Positions 27,483-41,764 of a stretch of 64,000 bases of DNA are shown one piece after another. The position numbers and the translations under genes were made by a program. The notes under the pieces were generated by a model. It did no database searches, had not been told where the DNA came from, and saw nothing but the letters and a program-made list of their open reading frames with translations. Source of the stretch: Octopus sinensis (lineage: Eukaryota); the NCBI RefSeq assembly GCF_006345805.1, contig NC_043024.1, positions 13,702,001 through 13,766,000 on the forward strand, read 5' to 3'. The first letter of the stretch is position 1. The number at the start of each line of letters is the position of its first letter.

Positions 27483-27808
27483 TGTGTGTGTAAAACCTAT
27501 AGAGAAACAAAGATGGAGAACGGTGTAGGAATAACTGCAGTTTTATGTACGAGATGAACGAAAACAAACAAAAATGCTTGGTTATGTCCCGCCATGTTTG
27601 TCATCGTATGCTAGTTATTTCAAGGGAAAATTTGATACATACCTTTGCAGAGAGAACATGCAACGATGCATTTTTAACTTCGGTTAAGTTGGTATTTAAT
27701 ATACGCGAACAATTGGCGTGTTTAACTGTGATGTAACTGCGATGTAACTTAGTTAAGATCCATCCAGAAAAATGAGAAAATAAACCGAAACCAAGGAACC
27801 AATATACA

Positions 27809-27890
<82 letters not shown>

Positions 27891-28319
27891 TACGCCAACA
27901 AACAGGAAAGGTCAAATATAAATAAAATACATCTACAACGGAAAATTCTAAAAAAGCAAAAGACTTATAGAAAATAAAGTAACATTGCATGGAATGAAGT
28001 TTCTTAGCTAATCTAACCAGAGATCTTCCATTTGACATTTTGAATTACCTTAGTTTACGTAATAATAATTGAAATAAAATTTTGACGCTGAATATACAAT
28101 GTATGTTTTTTTTACATCTGATGTTATTAATATCAACATCAGCATTCTTCTTCTTCTTCTTCTTCTTCTTCTTTTATTATTATTATTGTTATTGTTATTA
28201 TTAATATTATTATTAGTGTTATTGTTATTGTTATTGTTATTATTATTATTGTTATTGTTATTATTAATATTATTATTGTTATTATTATTATTATTATGTG
28301 AGAGCCCATACACACATAT

Positions 28320-28478
28320 ATACGACGGTTTTTTTTTTCAGTTTTCGTCTACCAAATCCACTCACTAGGCTTTAGTCGACTCGAGGCTATAGCAGAAGAC
28401 TTGCCCAAGGTGACACTGGTGGAACTGAACCCGGAACCATGTAGCTGGTAAGCAAACTACTTACCACACAGCCACTCC
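28320..28478 (-). mobile_element. SINE family B 5' half
   Basis: ctaccaaatccactcac...gaacccggaaccatg...cttaccacacagccactcc. Confidence 0.85.
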
Positions 28479-28487
28479 ATATGTATA

Positions 28488-28531
<44 letters not shown>

Positions 28532-29709
28532 GTATATATAAAATGACGATATCATGTGACACACACCTTGCCACCCTCAAAGATGTATTATATGAAAAAA
28601 TATTGCATGATAAGATAGAATAAAAGGCGTTCCTAAGAACATGAAACCTGAGGTACTCGAAGCAACTGCGGCTGCATTCGATCGGTTGAAATGTTGAGAC
28701 ATGTAGGAAATGGAAGAACACTTGGTGAACGGGTGGCGTTTGCTTTCGTGTTTATGCTGACGCCATAATAATATATTCTATAAAATGTTTATTATGCTAC
28801 ACTTTTGATAATAATGTTTTCTCGGTTCTAAATACGGTTTGAAAATATGTGGCATTTCACGAACATGTAGTATAGAAATCATGAAATGAAGCATGGCAGA
28901 AATATAAGACGCTAATGTTATTGGTGTCCAACAGAGTGCGATGTTGTTTATGCGCAAGGAATGTGATAACGTAATGCAATTTATCCTGCTACTGCAATGA
29001 ACTGTCCACAATGTTTCATGTTCTCCTGTATGTACAATAAGCCGACACGTGAAACAAATATATACACATACACACTGGAATCCACACTCATAACCACACA
29101 CACATGTGGGTCGGTGATTAAGGTTATTTTTTATTTATTTTAAATACATACACACGTGTCTCCATATGTGTCTGTTCTTGTAACCTATGTACCTATCCGT
29201 CTGTATGTAGATCTGTTTATTTACATATCTAAATGCTTACATACAGAACTGAAAAAATAAAAAATAAAAAATAAAAAATATAAAAATTAAGAAATAAACG
29301 GATAGGTACATAGGTTAGAAGAACATACACATGCGGAGACACGGATCCACACATAAAGATGCACATCCATACATACAAACATGGTACATAGTTACATAAC
29401 ACACACACACACAGATATGCACACACAAGGAGTCAGAGGTGCATACATATACAAACGCATGTTCACACACACATAGATAGAAAATACACAAACACGGATA
29501 GGCAAGCACAAAAATATGCAGGATACGTACCTACAGATGCGCACACATACATACATATGCATACAAACACATTATACATACATACACATGCAAACACACA
29601 CATACATACGTACATGTATGCATGTATAGGCACACACACACACACACACAGACCCACAAACATGCGCACAAACAAACAAAAGGTAACGCAGTGTAAATAA
29701 CGGAGTCAA

Positions 29710-29905
29710 GACTATTGAAATGGTTGCAAGAGGCAACGAAAATTTTAGGAAAATAAAAATAAGAAATAAGTGGAAATTTTACCGGTGAGTGTGTTAAATA
29801 ATAAGGCACTAAAAGAAAATGACTCTCCCCAGACACAACAGAATATGCTTCAACACACGTACTCACAAAAAGAATCTTGCAAACCAAATCCAAACACGAT
29901 ATAAT
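29710..29905 (+). mobile_element. PLE-like short repeat with degenerate hammerhead-like 3' half
   Basis: Homologous to 1179-1322; gttgc-aagag-gcaac-gaaa-attt-ta at 29723-29747; ends in (TA)n. Confidence 0.55.
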
Positions 29906-30191
29906 ATATATATATGTATATATATGTATGTATGAATGTATGTATACATGCACCTCTGTGTGTATGTATGAATGTATATATATATATATATATATATCCT
30001 CTGTTTATGTCTATACAATTACATTGGCATTTCTAGGTGATGTCTATCTTACAGCAATCATTTTTTATTTAATTCAAATTTTCACAAAATCGAGACTGAT
30101 TTGCTTATTGAACCTTTCCAGAAAACATTCACAGACTGACATGACAATTGACAAGCCGTTATGGAAACGTTTCGGAATAAAAGTAAGGAGC

Positions 30192-30900
30192 GATGACGAT
30201 GACGATGTTGATGATGATGCCGATGATGATGATGGTGATGATGACGACGATGATGATGATGATGACGATGTTGATGATGATGACGACGATGATGATGATG
30301 ATGACGACGATGATGATGACGATGACGATTAAGATGATGAAGATGATGGTGATGACGATGGTGACGATGGTGATGAAGATGGTGAGGATGATGACTGTAG
30401 CACCATCATCATTATTAGTATTATCATCATCATCATCATCATTATTATTATTATTATTATTGTTATTATTATTGCAGTTGTAGTGACAGCAGCAGCAGTA
30501 GTAGTACTAGTAGTAGTAACAATAGCAGTAGTAGTATTATTAGTAGTATGAGTAGTAGTCGTGGTGGTAGTTGTATTAGTAGTATTAGTAGCAGCAATAG
30601 TAGAAGTAGTAGTGGTAGTAGCATCAGCAGCAGCAATAGTAGAAGTAGTAGTCGTAGAAACAGCAGCAACAGAAGCAGTATTAGTAGTTATAAATTTAAT
30701 AGGAATGAATAATACCAATAACAGATAGTCATACTATTAGTACCAGTTTTATATTTGGGTCCCGCAATGGTAACAACAGCAATAAGAATAACAATAGAAA
30801 CAGCGACAAGAAAAACAACAACAACAACAACACCAATAAAAAGGCCCCGAATTACAACAAGGAAAGCAGTGTCAACAACAACAACAACAACAACAATATC
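30192..30900. repeat. Compound trinucleotide low-complexity tract (GAT/GAC, TCA/TTA, TAG/CAG, CAA)
   Basis: Direct inspection. Confidence 0.9.
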
Positions 30901-31433
30901 GCTAATGTTTTCGCTATTCATGATTTGAAAGGGTATATTTTTGAGTAAAATTAGAAAATTTTGGAATATAAAGAAATTCAAGTTTTATTATATTGTGTTA
31001 TTTATTTTGTAATTTTTTTCTATTTTTTGCGTGTTTGTTTATTTGTAATTCAGTTCCTTGTTGAATGGCTTTTCAATTTTCGTGCTTACATTTATTAACA
31101 ATGTTGCTTTTCTTCTTAAGCGTCATATTGTTATCGTTGTGGTTGTTGTTGTTGTCGATGCTTCTACATCACGTGAGGAATAGATTGCAACGTGGCAGTA
31201 AATGCTAAGCACAGAGTTTGTCTATGTATGTATGTATGTATATATATATATGTATGTATGTATATATGTATGTATGCATGTATCTATCAATCTATATTAC
31301 ACATATATATATATATAATCATTATTATTATTATTATTATTTTATATATATATATATGTAATATAGATAGATAGATACATGCAAATATTTCTCACTCTGT
31401 ATTTCTCTCTCTCGCTTTCTTGCTCTCTCTCCA

Positions 31434-31505
<72 letters not shown>

Positions 31506-31506
31506 A

Positions 31507-31566
<60 letters not shown>

Positions 31567-31704
31567 ATATATATACATATACTTATATATTATATTACAT
31601 ATATACATACATATCATATATATTATATACATATATACATACATATACATATATATATATATACTTATATATGTACATATATACATACATATATACATAC
31701 ATAT

Positions 31705-31752
<48 letters not shown>

Positions 31753-32101
31753 CTATATATATAATACTTATATATATATATATTATATTCATACATATAC
31801 ATATACATGATATATACTTATATATGTACATATATACATACATACATATATAATATATATATATATATATAATATAATATAATACCTTTATATAAATAAA
31901 TAACGTGAAATACACGAAGAGACGAACAAAAAGACAAGCAAGTCATTCAAGCCTTCATTCTTCAGTCAGAAAGTGATCCCTCATCGCAGATTTCGGCTGT
32001 TGAATTCTGAGATCCGCTCTGAATCAGCCAGCCACTATTAATCAGAACAATTGTTTCGATACATCTAGCATCGACTCCTGTTGTAGGACACACAAAAACT
32101 G

Positions 32102-32132
<31 letters not shown>

Positions 32133-32319
32133 TGTTATTTCATTTTATTTTATTCATTTAGTTTTAGTCATAAAACTGTGGCCATGCTGGACATTTATTT
32201 AAATTTTGCTAATGACTCTCACAGTCTTTTGTCGAAGCCTGTGTTACAGTTAGTAAACAAACCACCACCGGATTTGAAGTGGTGAGGAGACAAAGAAGAA
32301 TATAAATTCGCCCGCACAG

Positions 32320-32412
32320 TCACTCACATTTATGATCATTCATTTTCAGGATCACTCACATCCATGATAATTCATTCTCAGGATCACTCACATTCATGAT
32401 CACTCATACTCA
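32320..32412. repeat. ~31-bp minisatellite, ~3 copies
   Basis: tcactcacat(t/c)(t/c)atgat(c/a)attcatt(t/c)tcagga repeated. Confidence 0.8.
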
Positions 32413-33966
32413 TCTGCAATGTAAGGAAGAATGCTGTTTGCTAATAAGTCTAGACTAAATAATTCTTTTAGGTGAGGTGGTGGATGAATGCAAGTATTAA
32501 AATCTCCTCTATCTAGTAAATTCATTTAAATTCCAATTTCAATATATATTTTAGCAAAATGCGCTTTCAGCTTTCTTTATTTATTGAAGTTTGCCACTCA
32601 GTGTTGCCAAATATTCTACAAATATAACTGTAAACAATTTTCTCCATATCATAAGTTAATTTCGTATATATAATATCGATTTTGTGGGTTATTAGTCTAG
32701 AAAAAATTCCCAATGTGAATTAAAAGTGTGTATATCAGTTTTAGGAATTAATGAACCAAACAAAATATAAATTCAGTATATATTCCAGTTTCTTGTTCTT
32801 TTCTGGTTCGATGTACTCTGCCTCGCTGCTTGTTCCTCACCAGTTCTTATTCTATTGTATTTCGAAAATATTGGAAATTTTGTCGTTTAAAAATCTGCTT
32901 GCGTCGTATTGGCTGGTGGAGAGTTTTCACGAAAGAAGTGTGACCGTTGATGATATAGAGCGAATTATTGATGCCGGTAAACTTATTGGCTTAAATCCTA
33001 TCACTGCATCTTAGACACATTTAAAATATAACCGGTAAAAGCTAGAAGTTTTAAATCATCAGATAAAATAACTTGACGATGGCACAGGGTCCACAAATGA
33101 AATCGTATTCGTAATGGACGTGCTCATGGAACGGTTACAGTAATAAGACGGGCTGTTTTGCAGCGTTTGATTGACTCATTTTTATCTGGTTTCGAATTCC
33201 ACACTCACCTGCTTCGATGGCAGACTCAATTCCTGATACTGTTTATCACTACCTCAGCATTAAGTAGATTTAGCGTTGTCCACTATTGCCAACTTCAAAG
33301 TTATGTACGGTATTATGAACATCAGCTTCCATATTCGCCACGTGTTTATGAAACGCCGAAAAGAGGTAAGAGCACTTTCTTTCTTCCCAGATGGCAATGA
33401 AAAGTTTTCTCTGCTGTTCACTACACTGCAAAAATCAGTATTTCGTTTCAGAAACGGTGTGAGTTCTTTCTGTCACGAGGTTAATACTGTTGATTTTTGT
33501 AGCATTATAGTGCAGACAACAAAATGAATAAATATATTTTCCAAAAACATAAAACAAAATCAGAAACCTTTCGCAATGTTCCTAATGGATTATTGTCCGT
33601 TAATTCCAAGTCAACTGGCGAAAGAATCAACCCAAACGAAAGAGAAACATATTCTAAAGACCTAAGATATTAGGTGTAAATAAAAAGCTTGTATGATATA
33701 ACACAAATATAATGGAATCAATGTCTATGCATCTAGATATCTCTCTCTCTATATATATATATGTATGCACATATATTACAAATACACACATACAGATATA
33801 CATATATATATATATGTGTGTGTGTGTGTATGTGTATGCATATAAGGGTACAGGACGTAACCAACAGTATAAACAACATGAAATACATACACAAACGAGA
33901 AATAAATGGAAAGCAGGACAAGTAAACACAGAGAAGCGATGTCTTATCAGTTGTTAGCAATCTACT

Positions 33967-34011
<45 letters not shown>

Positions 34012-34097
34012 TTTGATACATTGATAGGTTTAGGCCATTATTGGCCCAGGCCATGTCTAACTTAATAGCACCACCTGGAAATATATATATATATGTA

Positions 34098-34293
34098 CTT
34101 TATTTAAAGCATCAGAAAATTCAACAAAACATGTTACTCTGAGTTTCCCGTTCCCGTTGACGACCGGCAACGGGAAACTCAGAGTAACAGGTTTTGTTGA
34201 ATTTTCTGCTGCTTTAAATAAAGCATATTACTCTACACTGGTATTTGAGTACTCTTTTTTCCACATTGTTTCACATTTATGTCTTTACTCCGG
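34098..34293 (+). mobile_element. PLE-like fragment with inverted 5' arm and minimal hammerhead-like motif
   Basis: 34098-34156 is the reverse complement of 34165-34223 (~3 mismatches). (t)tgacga-ccg-gcaa-cgg-gaaa-ctc-a-gag-ta at 34157-34186. (TA)n on both sides. Confidence 0.7.
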
Positions 34294-34301
34294 TATATAT
34301 A

Positions 34302-34362
<61 letters not shown>

Positions 34363-34844
34363 AAGAAAAAGACAGACAGACAGATAGACAGAAAAAGAGA
34401 GAGAGATAGATAGGAAGATAGATAGATCAAATGGTATAGATCACGTGTGCATCAGCAATAGCTTTCCAAAGTGGTACATTTAACTACTCTTGTACTTTTT
34501 ACTAAGTCATATATTTCTTGAAGATGGAGATATGTTTCTAGACAAGCAAACCTACAGAAATCTCGTATTAAACGATTACACGAATAATAAATATAATGAA
34601 ATTATCTACAATCAAGATATGTTAGGGATAATCATAAGATTTCCCACTTTAAATAGGTGTACAAGTCTACAGAGATAGTGTGGCGAATCACGACTGTAGA
34701 TACGTAATTAATAATATTTGATATACCAGACAATTATAACAAAAATATTACGTTTATGCTTAGCGTTGAAAAGAGAGCAAAATATACGAGTAAAGAAAAC
34801 AATTTCGTTTAGAACTCTGATATAATGATATATATGTACTGAAG

Positions 34845-34996
34845 ATGTATACATTTATATATATGTATATATTTGTGTCCATGCATCAAACACTCAATCT
34901 ATCTAACTATCTATCTACGTATATACACAGATAGTTAGATAGATTGAGTGTTTGATGCATAGACACAAATATATACATATATATAAATATATACAT
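34845..34996. repeat. Near-perfect inverted repeat, 68-bp arms with 16-nt spacer
   Basis: 34845-34912 vs 34929-34996, about two mismatches. Confidence 0.9.
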
Positions 34997-35248
34997 ATAT
35001 CTACATATATACATAGCCAAATATGTGTGTGAATTTATGTATATCTGTAAGAAAATATATGCGCGTGCAGTATGTGTATATATTTGTGTGGCGTGCGTAC
35101 AGGAGTTCAATGTTTGCAAAACATTTGCGTGTGTGTATGTATATATATATGCATATACATACATATATATATATATATACATATATATACATATATATAC
35201 ATATATACATAAATATATATATATACACACACACATATATATGTATAC

Positions 35249-35293
<45 letters not shown>

Positions 35294-35767
35294 TATATAT
35301 ATGTATGTATACATATTTCTCTATATGTAGGACGATGCTAGCGTCTACCCATCTTTGCATGATAGCGTGATGAGCAGGTCTGAAAAACTTACACTTCTCT
35401 CCTTCCTCTATGCAGTATCCGAAAAATTTTCGAAATCTGTGAAAATTGGCAGATTCAAATTCTTACTTCGACATGTAAAAATAAATAGCTTACATACTCT
35501 CGATGTAAAGCTGCATTTAAGATAACGCAACTTGCAGACGTACAATGATTAGCTGTGACATTTGTTCAGTCACCCTTCCTATAGATTATACAGCCTCTGC
35601 GACTAGTCTACATAAGAATACTGTCTGCTATTCATTAAAAGACATAATGTCTACGAGATATTCCCATTTTCTCCGGGAAAGCTGACTCGATTTCTCTGCA
35701 AAAAGAATGATAAGTCGTAAAAATCAATATTACCATACCGACGCAATAATAAAAGCATGGAGCTGGA

Positions 35768-35925
35768 ATAATAATAATGATAATGATGATGATGATGATG
35801 TTAGTAATAATAATAATAATAATAATAATGAAAATAATAATAAGAATAATAACAAAAACAAATAATAATAATAATAACAAATAATAATAATGATAATAAT
35901 AATAATAATAATAACAATAATAATG

Positions 35926-35964
<39 letters not shown>

Positions 35965-35967
35965 GTA

Positions 35968-36054
<87 letters not shown>

Positions 36055-36075
36055 CCAATAATAATGGCAATAGTA
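35768..36075. repeat. (TAA)n microsatellite
   Basis: Direct inspection. Confidence 0.95.
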
Positions 36076-36358
36076 ATAAAATTGTCGTGATAAAAACAAT
36101 GAATATACTAATAAATACAGAATATAACTACAACTACTACTACTGCTACTACTAGTAATAATTTCAAAATGTGGCCCAAGGGCAGTGATTTTGAGGGGAT
36201 GAGGAATTAGGGAAGCCCTTTGCATAGACCCCTGTGCATGATTTGTATTTATTTTATCGACCCAGAAAGGCAAATATAAACTTAGTGGAATTGAACTTGC
36301 AACGTAAAGAGAGAAGAAATGCTGCTAAACATTTAATCTAGCGTGTTACTTGCCTTTC

Positions 36359-36398
<40 letters not shown>

Positions 36399-37200
36399 GG
36401 ATGTAAACGCGGGTCCTATAGTTGTAAAGATCAGCTACTCATCAAATCGATGATGTCTTGGCGATAGTTTGGGTAGACTGTAGAAAGCTTTTGATAGTCT
36501 ACCACATAGCTGGATTAAGAAATGTCTGGAAATATATAAAATAGCAGCTACTCTGCGAAACTTTTTGTCTGTAAGTATGAGATCATGGAGAACCACACTA
36601 ACTTTGAACAGTGGCAATGAATCTCTCAATGCTGGAGACGTAAGTATTCCATGTGGCATTTTCTAGGAAGGCTCTCTATCACCATTCCTCTTTTGTCTAA
36701 CCTTAATATCTCTCTTGAAATTGCGTAATGTTGTACGGTATTACAACAAAAAGTTTGATAAATATATAAATCATCTCTTTAACATAGATGGTTTAAAGCT
36801 CTTTGCAAAAAAAAAAAAATGATCAAGGCTTACTAGCAATTGTTAAGTAAATCAGTGATGACATCAGAATGCAATTTGGCCTTGATAAATGTGCAAAGGC
36901 TACCTTTATTAAAGGAAAAGTGTCAGAAACATCCGACTTTAATCTTGACCAACAGAATATCATAAAGGAGTTAGAACCAGCGGAGGGTTACAAATAGAGG
37001 TATTTGAAGGGGTTGGAATCAAACGTTCAGCGATGAGGAAAAGGATCAGAAGAGAATGTTATTGTAGGGTAAGGGCAATACACAAGACAGAGCTGAATGC
37101 AAGAAACATGATCGAAGCGATCAATACTTTAGCCATACCGGTCGTGAGTTTACGATTTTAATACCATTAACTGGTCAATTACTGTAATATGTAATCTATG
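36399..37200 (+). mobile_element. R4/Dong-clade non-LTR retrotransposon reverse transcriptase pseudogene
   Basis: Across stops and frameshifts: CKDQLLI, KAFDSLPHSWIKKCLEIYKI, GIF*EGSLSPFLFCL, INHLFNIDGLKLFAK (YMDD-derived), SDDIRMQFGLDKCAK, ELNARNMIEAINTLAIPV. Starts immediately after (TAA)n. Confidence 0.9.
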
Positions 37201-37419
37201 CATTGTGACAATGCACAGAATGCACAACCCGCTGTGAAACTGGGAAATCGGTGCATATGTGTGTTGCTTGAGAAGGTAACTTTTTACCTACCTTTACATA
37301 CATTCATATATGCATACATGCATACGTATGTACACAAACAGGCACACACACTCACACAAACGCACACATACATACATATATGCACACAGGCATATAAATA
37401 TAAACACATACATACACAT

Positions 37420-37450
<31 letters not shown>

Positions 37451-37629
37451 CACCACACACATATATATATATATATATACACCACACACACACATATATA
37501 TACACCACACACACACCACATATATACACACACACACACACATATATATAACACACACACACACCACATATATACACACACACACACACATATATACACA
37601 CACACACACACACATATATACACACACAC

Positions 37630-37681
<52 letters not shown>

Positions 37682-37748
37682 TATACATATACATACATGC
37701 ATACACACATACATACATACATACATACATCATACATACATACATAAA

Positions 37749-37930
37749 AGGTGAGCTGGCAGGAACGTTAGCACGCCGGGTCAGATGCTTAGCGGTATTT
37801 CGTCTGTCTATACATTCTGATTTCAAATTGCGCCGTGGTCGACTTGGGATTTCATGCTTCGGGATAGATAAATTAAGAACCAGCTTCGCACTGGGATCGA
37901 TCTAATCGACTATCCCCCTCCACAAAAGTT
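37749..37930 (+). mobile_element. SINE family A (tail type 2)
   Basis: ggtgagctggcaggaacgttagcacgccgg...gatttcaaattgcgccgtggtcgac...gatctaatcgactatcccc. Confidence 0.8.
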
Positions 37931-39070
37931 TTTCCTACCGCAGAAGAGAACTTATTCCAGGCTGGACGGTAAACGGAACTGAACCCGGAACGCCTAAATA
38001 TCGGAATTCAATTTCTCTCACAATATTCGTCATATATCGCTGGTGTAAAAATAATCACATCATTACACAATGTTATATTTTGACAGCCAGTCTGTAATTA
38101 ATCTATCTTTACATCTTTTTCCTTCCTCTCCCTCTCTCTCCAAATATGGAAATGCACTGCCACACTATTATGTATGGACATGTTTCAAGCCTGCTTTCAT
38201 TTCTCACTTTCTGTTTCTCCTTTCAGTTTTTCGCGTTGTTTAGTGTGTGTTATAATGTTTTGACAACATTAATTATGTGTCGCACATATTCCATAAATTA
38301 CTCATATCACACGGCTCAAACTCAATAGCAACCGACATTATATTTGAAGAATTTCAAATTGTGAATGAAAATTCGAATAACAATCATAGAAATATAGAAC
38401 AATGGATATTGAAGAAAACAAGAATAATTGTTGTATTGCCAGCGCCGTAATTCTTCTTAACATAAATATTTAATTACATTGGAATTCAAAAGCTACAATA
38501 ATTAGATATTCACGAATACATAACATCGAAGAGTTATAAAATGGAATGCGTAATATCGAGACATGATATGAGCGATATTTATATAATATTCCAGTGATGT
38601 CTTGGATTGATTTGTGTGAACCAAATAATAAAGAACGGAAAATAAGACAACAACATCCACAAGAAAACAGGAAAACAAGGAAATATAAAAGAATATAATC
38701 CAAAAATATTTACTACGATAACAACATTGTATGTATTGTTAGGAAAACAGAGAAATGATATGAAAATATATAAAACTTGTTGACAATGAGTATTGGATAC
38801 AAGATGGAGTTTGGTGAGCGAATGGCGAAGGCGCGGCGGTCGAATAATGTTCGGCGAATGAGCATCTAATGATAAATGGGCTAAAACCTCTCCCCGCTCC
38901 CCTGGTCCCCTTAAATATACACAAACACATGCATACATACATACATACACACACATATATTTATATGTACACACATACAGATAAGATTAAGCATACTCAT
39001 ATATATGTATTTATGTATATATGAATGTATATATAATATATGTAAATATATATATATATACATATATATA

Positions 39071-39110
<40 letters not shown>

Positions 39111-39261
39111 CAAAACACATACATATATATATATATATGTACATATATATATACATATATACACACACACACACTATATATATAATATAATATATGTATA
39201 TGTATAATATACATATACATATAGATATATATACATACATATATTGTATGGTATGTTATAT

Positions 39262-39296
<35 letters not shown>

Positions 39297-39324
39297 GATA
39301 TATATATATATATTATATATATAT

Positions 39325-39393
<69 letters not shown>

Positions 39394-40703
39394 ATGTATG
39401 TAGTTGATTTATTTATATACGTGTATATGTCAATATTTTAGCTTGCATTTCAGAATGAAATAATAATACGAATTCTAACCGAATGGAAGAAAGATTCTTC
39501 ATAACCCATAAAAGAAATTCTAATTGATATACAGATGAAAGACAAACTCAAATCAATACACACACGCACACACACACAAACACACATGTACACACACACA
39601 CATACATACTCAAAATATATATATATACATATATTGTTATATGCTCTGTAATTTTCCCTTTGATACCACATCTTGCTAGGACATACAAGATTCTTGCATT
39701 CCTGCAGGGATAAGAAGAATATAAGAAACGAATTGATGTAGTTCTGTGATTCTATCTTTAAGAAGATAATTTTATCCTCGGTTCCTGCAAGATATTTGAC
39801 AATATACATTACATTATATTGTGTTGTATTATGCGATATTATATTGCATCATGTGAAGTTATGTGATGCTATTTCAAACAATAATATTGATTTTTAAGTC
39901 GTTATATAGTGTAACATATTTACATGATGGAAACATTGTTGTATGCAATGCAATGGGCTGATCCATTGTGTTATGGGTATTTATATTCTGTAAACATAGC
40001 TTGATGGATGGAAGAGAGAGATGGGCCAGGAAGGATTTGAAATTAAAATGCATCGGTTATTTTCTTTTTTCTTTCTTTTTTTTTTTGGTTTGTTTACTTG
40101 TTTCAGTCATTGGATTGTCGTCATAGTGGGACATACCGCTTTCAGACCCAATTATTAATTTTGATACATCTGGGACTTATTCTATCGGTTCTTTTCGCGG
40201 TATAGCTAAGTTACGGGGGCGCAAACAAACCCTCACCTTATAACAAATGGTGCGGCAGTGAAACAGACATCAATGCACATATATACACATAATTACATAC
40301 AACGAGTTAACGCAAATTTTCCATCGACCAAATTCACTCCCGAGCAATTGCGCGGCCCTTAGTGCCGCGCTGTGACACTGAACCCCAAATTGCGTACTTT
40401 CAATAGTAGCTTGTTAATCAAACATCCTATACCTTGATTTTATTGTGGAATATATCAACTATGAGTGAATAGACCTATAGAATTAGGCACACCAGCCGTA
40501 GCACTACCGTTTGTATCTAATTGACGGGATTCTGTTATTCTAGATCGCGTAATGTTATTGGTGTAGAATGTGCGTATAGAAGTTTAACAACATTCTATGT
40601 AAGCAGAGATAATAAAAACTGAATGGTTCTAAGTCAGCAAATAGCATGAGTAATAGCAGCAGTTATGGTAGTAGTAATGGTAGTAGTAATGGTAGTAATA
40701 ATG

Positions 40704-40744
<41 letters not shown>

Positions 40745-40765
40745 TGTTGTTGTTGCTGTAGTAGT

Positions 40766-40797
<32 letters not shown>

Positions 40798-40808
40798 TAA
40801 TGGTGGTG

Positions 40809-40854
<46 letters not shown>

Positions 40855-41299
40855 ATTAGCAGTAGTAGTAAGAGGAGGAGGAGGAGAAGGTGTAACAGCG
40901 CGACCCCGCAGTTACCATTTGTTGGTGACTCTCTACCTTCTCCAGATGACCCGCGTATATCTGCCAGCTCGCCGCCTTTTGACGGGTATTTCTATCGTAC
41001 TCGGCAAGGGAATAAATTGTGAAGCATATTTATTCATTAATCACACTTTCGTTGGCCCTCCGTCGTTTACGACGACGAGTATTTCAGTTGATCCGATCAA
41101 CAGAACAGACTGCTCGAAAAATTAACGTGCAAGTGGTTGAGTAGACCATAGACACACGTATCTTTAACGTACTTCACAAGGTGGTTCAGCGTGACACATT
41201 GTGTGACAAGGTGGGCCTTTTCTATCACAGGTACATATCATATATGCTAGCTGAGTGTTCTGAAGCAAAGTGAAATAAAGTGTCTTGCTCAAGGACGAA

Positions 41300-41492
41300 C
41301 CTTGAGGGAGAGAGGAAGAGGCCGACCAAGAACCCTCTGGCTTGACAACATCAATAGTGATAACGGAATGGACAGGGCCATTCTGAAGGAAGCGGCCCAG
41401 GATAGAACTGGCTGGAGGACACTGATCCAACGAGTGACCGAGAGCCGACTTCGACTGAGCGGATAGATAGATGGATAGATAGATAGATAGAT

Positions 41493-41552
<60 letters not shown>

Positions 41553-41764
41553 ATTGAGAAGTTTCTTTATTGGTCACACAGGGATGCACACAGATGGGAC
41601 AAATTACAAGGTAGAGCTTTTCTTTTGGGGAATGAAAAAAAAAACAAAAAACAAAAACAAAAGAAACAAAAAAAAGTGGCGTAGGTTTTCGATCAAAAGG
41701 GATCGTAAAAGGGGAAAAAGTAAAAATAAGAAAGGAAAAAAATGGAGACAGATATATATAGATA
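41300..41764 (+). mobile_element. 5'-truncated RTE-clade LINE with (GATA)n tail and 13-bp TSD
   Basis: RGRGRPRTLWLDNI...AAQDRTGWRTLIQRVTESRLRLSG* (stop 41464-41466) is a typical RTE C-terminus. TSD at 41287-41299 and 41765-41777. Confidence 0.85.
41551..41750 (-). mobile_element. 3' end of another retroposon inserted antisense into the RTE (GATA)n tail
   Basis: Minus strand: T-rich UTR, then tttgtcccatctgtgtgcatccctgtgtgaccAATAAAgaaa. GATA repeats on both sides. Confidence 0.6.

Noticed and set aside
29877-30718. Poly-Asp and poly-Thr ORFs resembling acidic or mucin-like proteins
   Set aside because: Compound trinucleotide microsatellite with no non-repetitive coding context or splice evidence.
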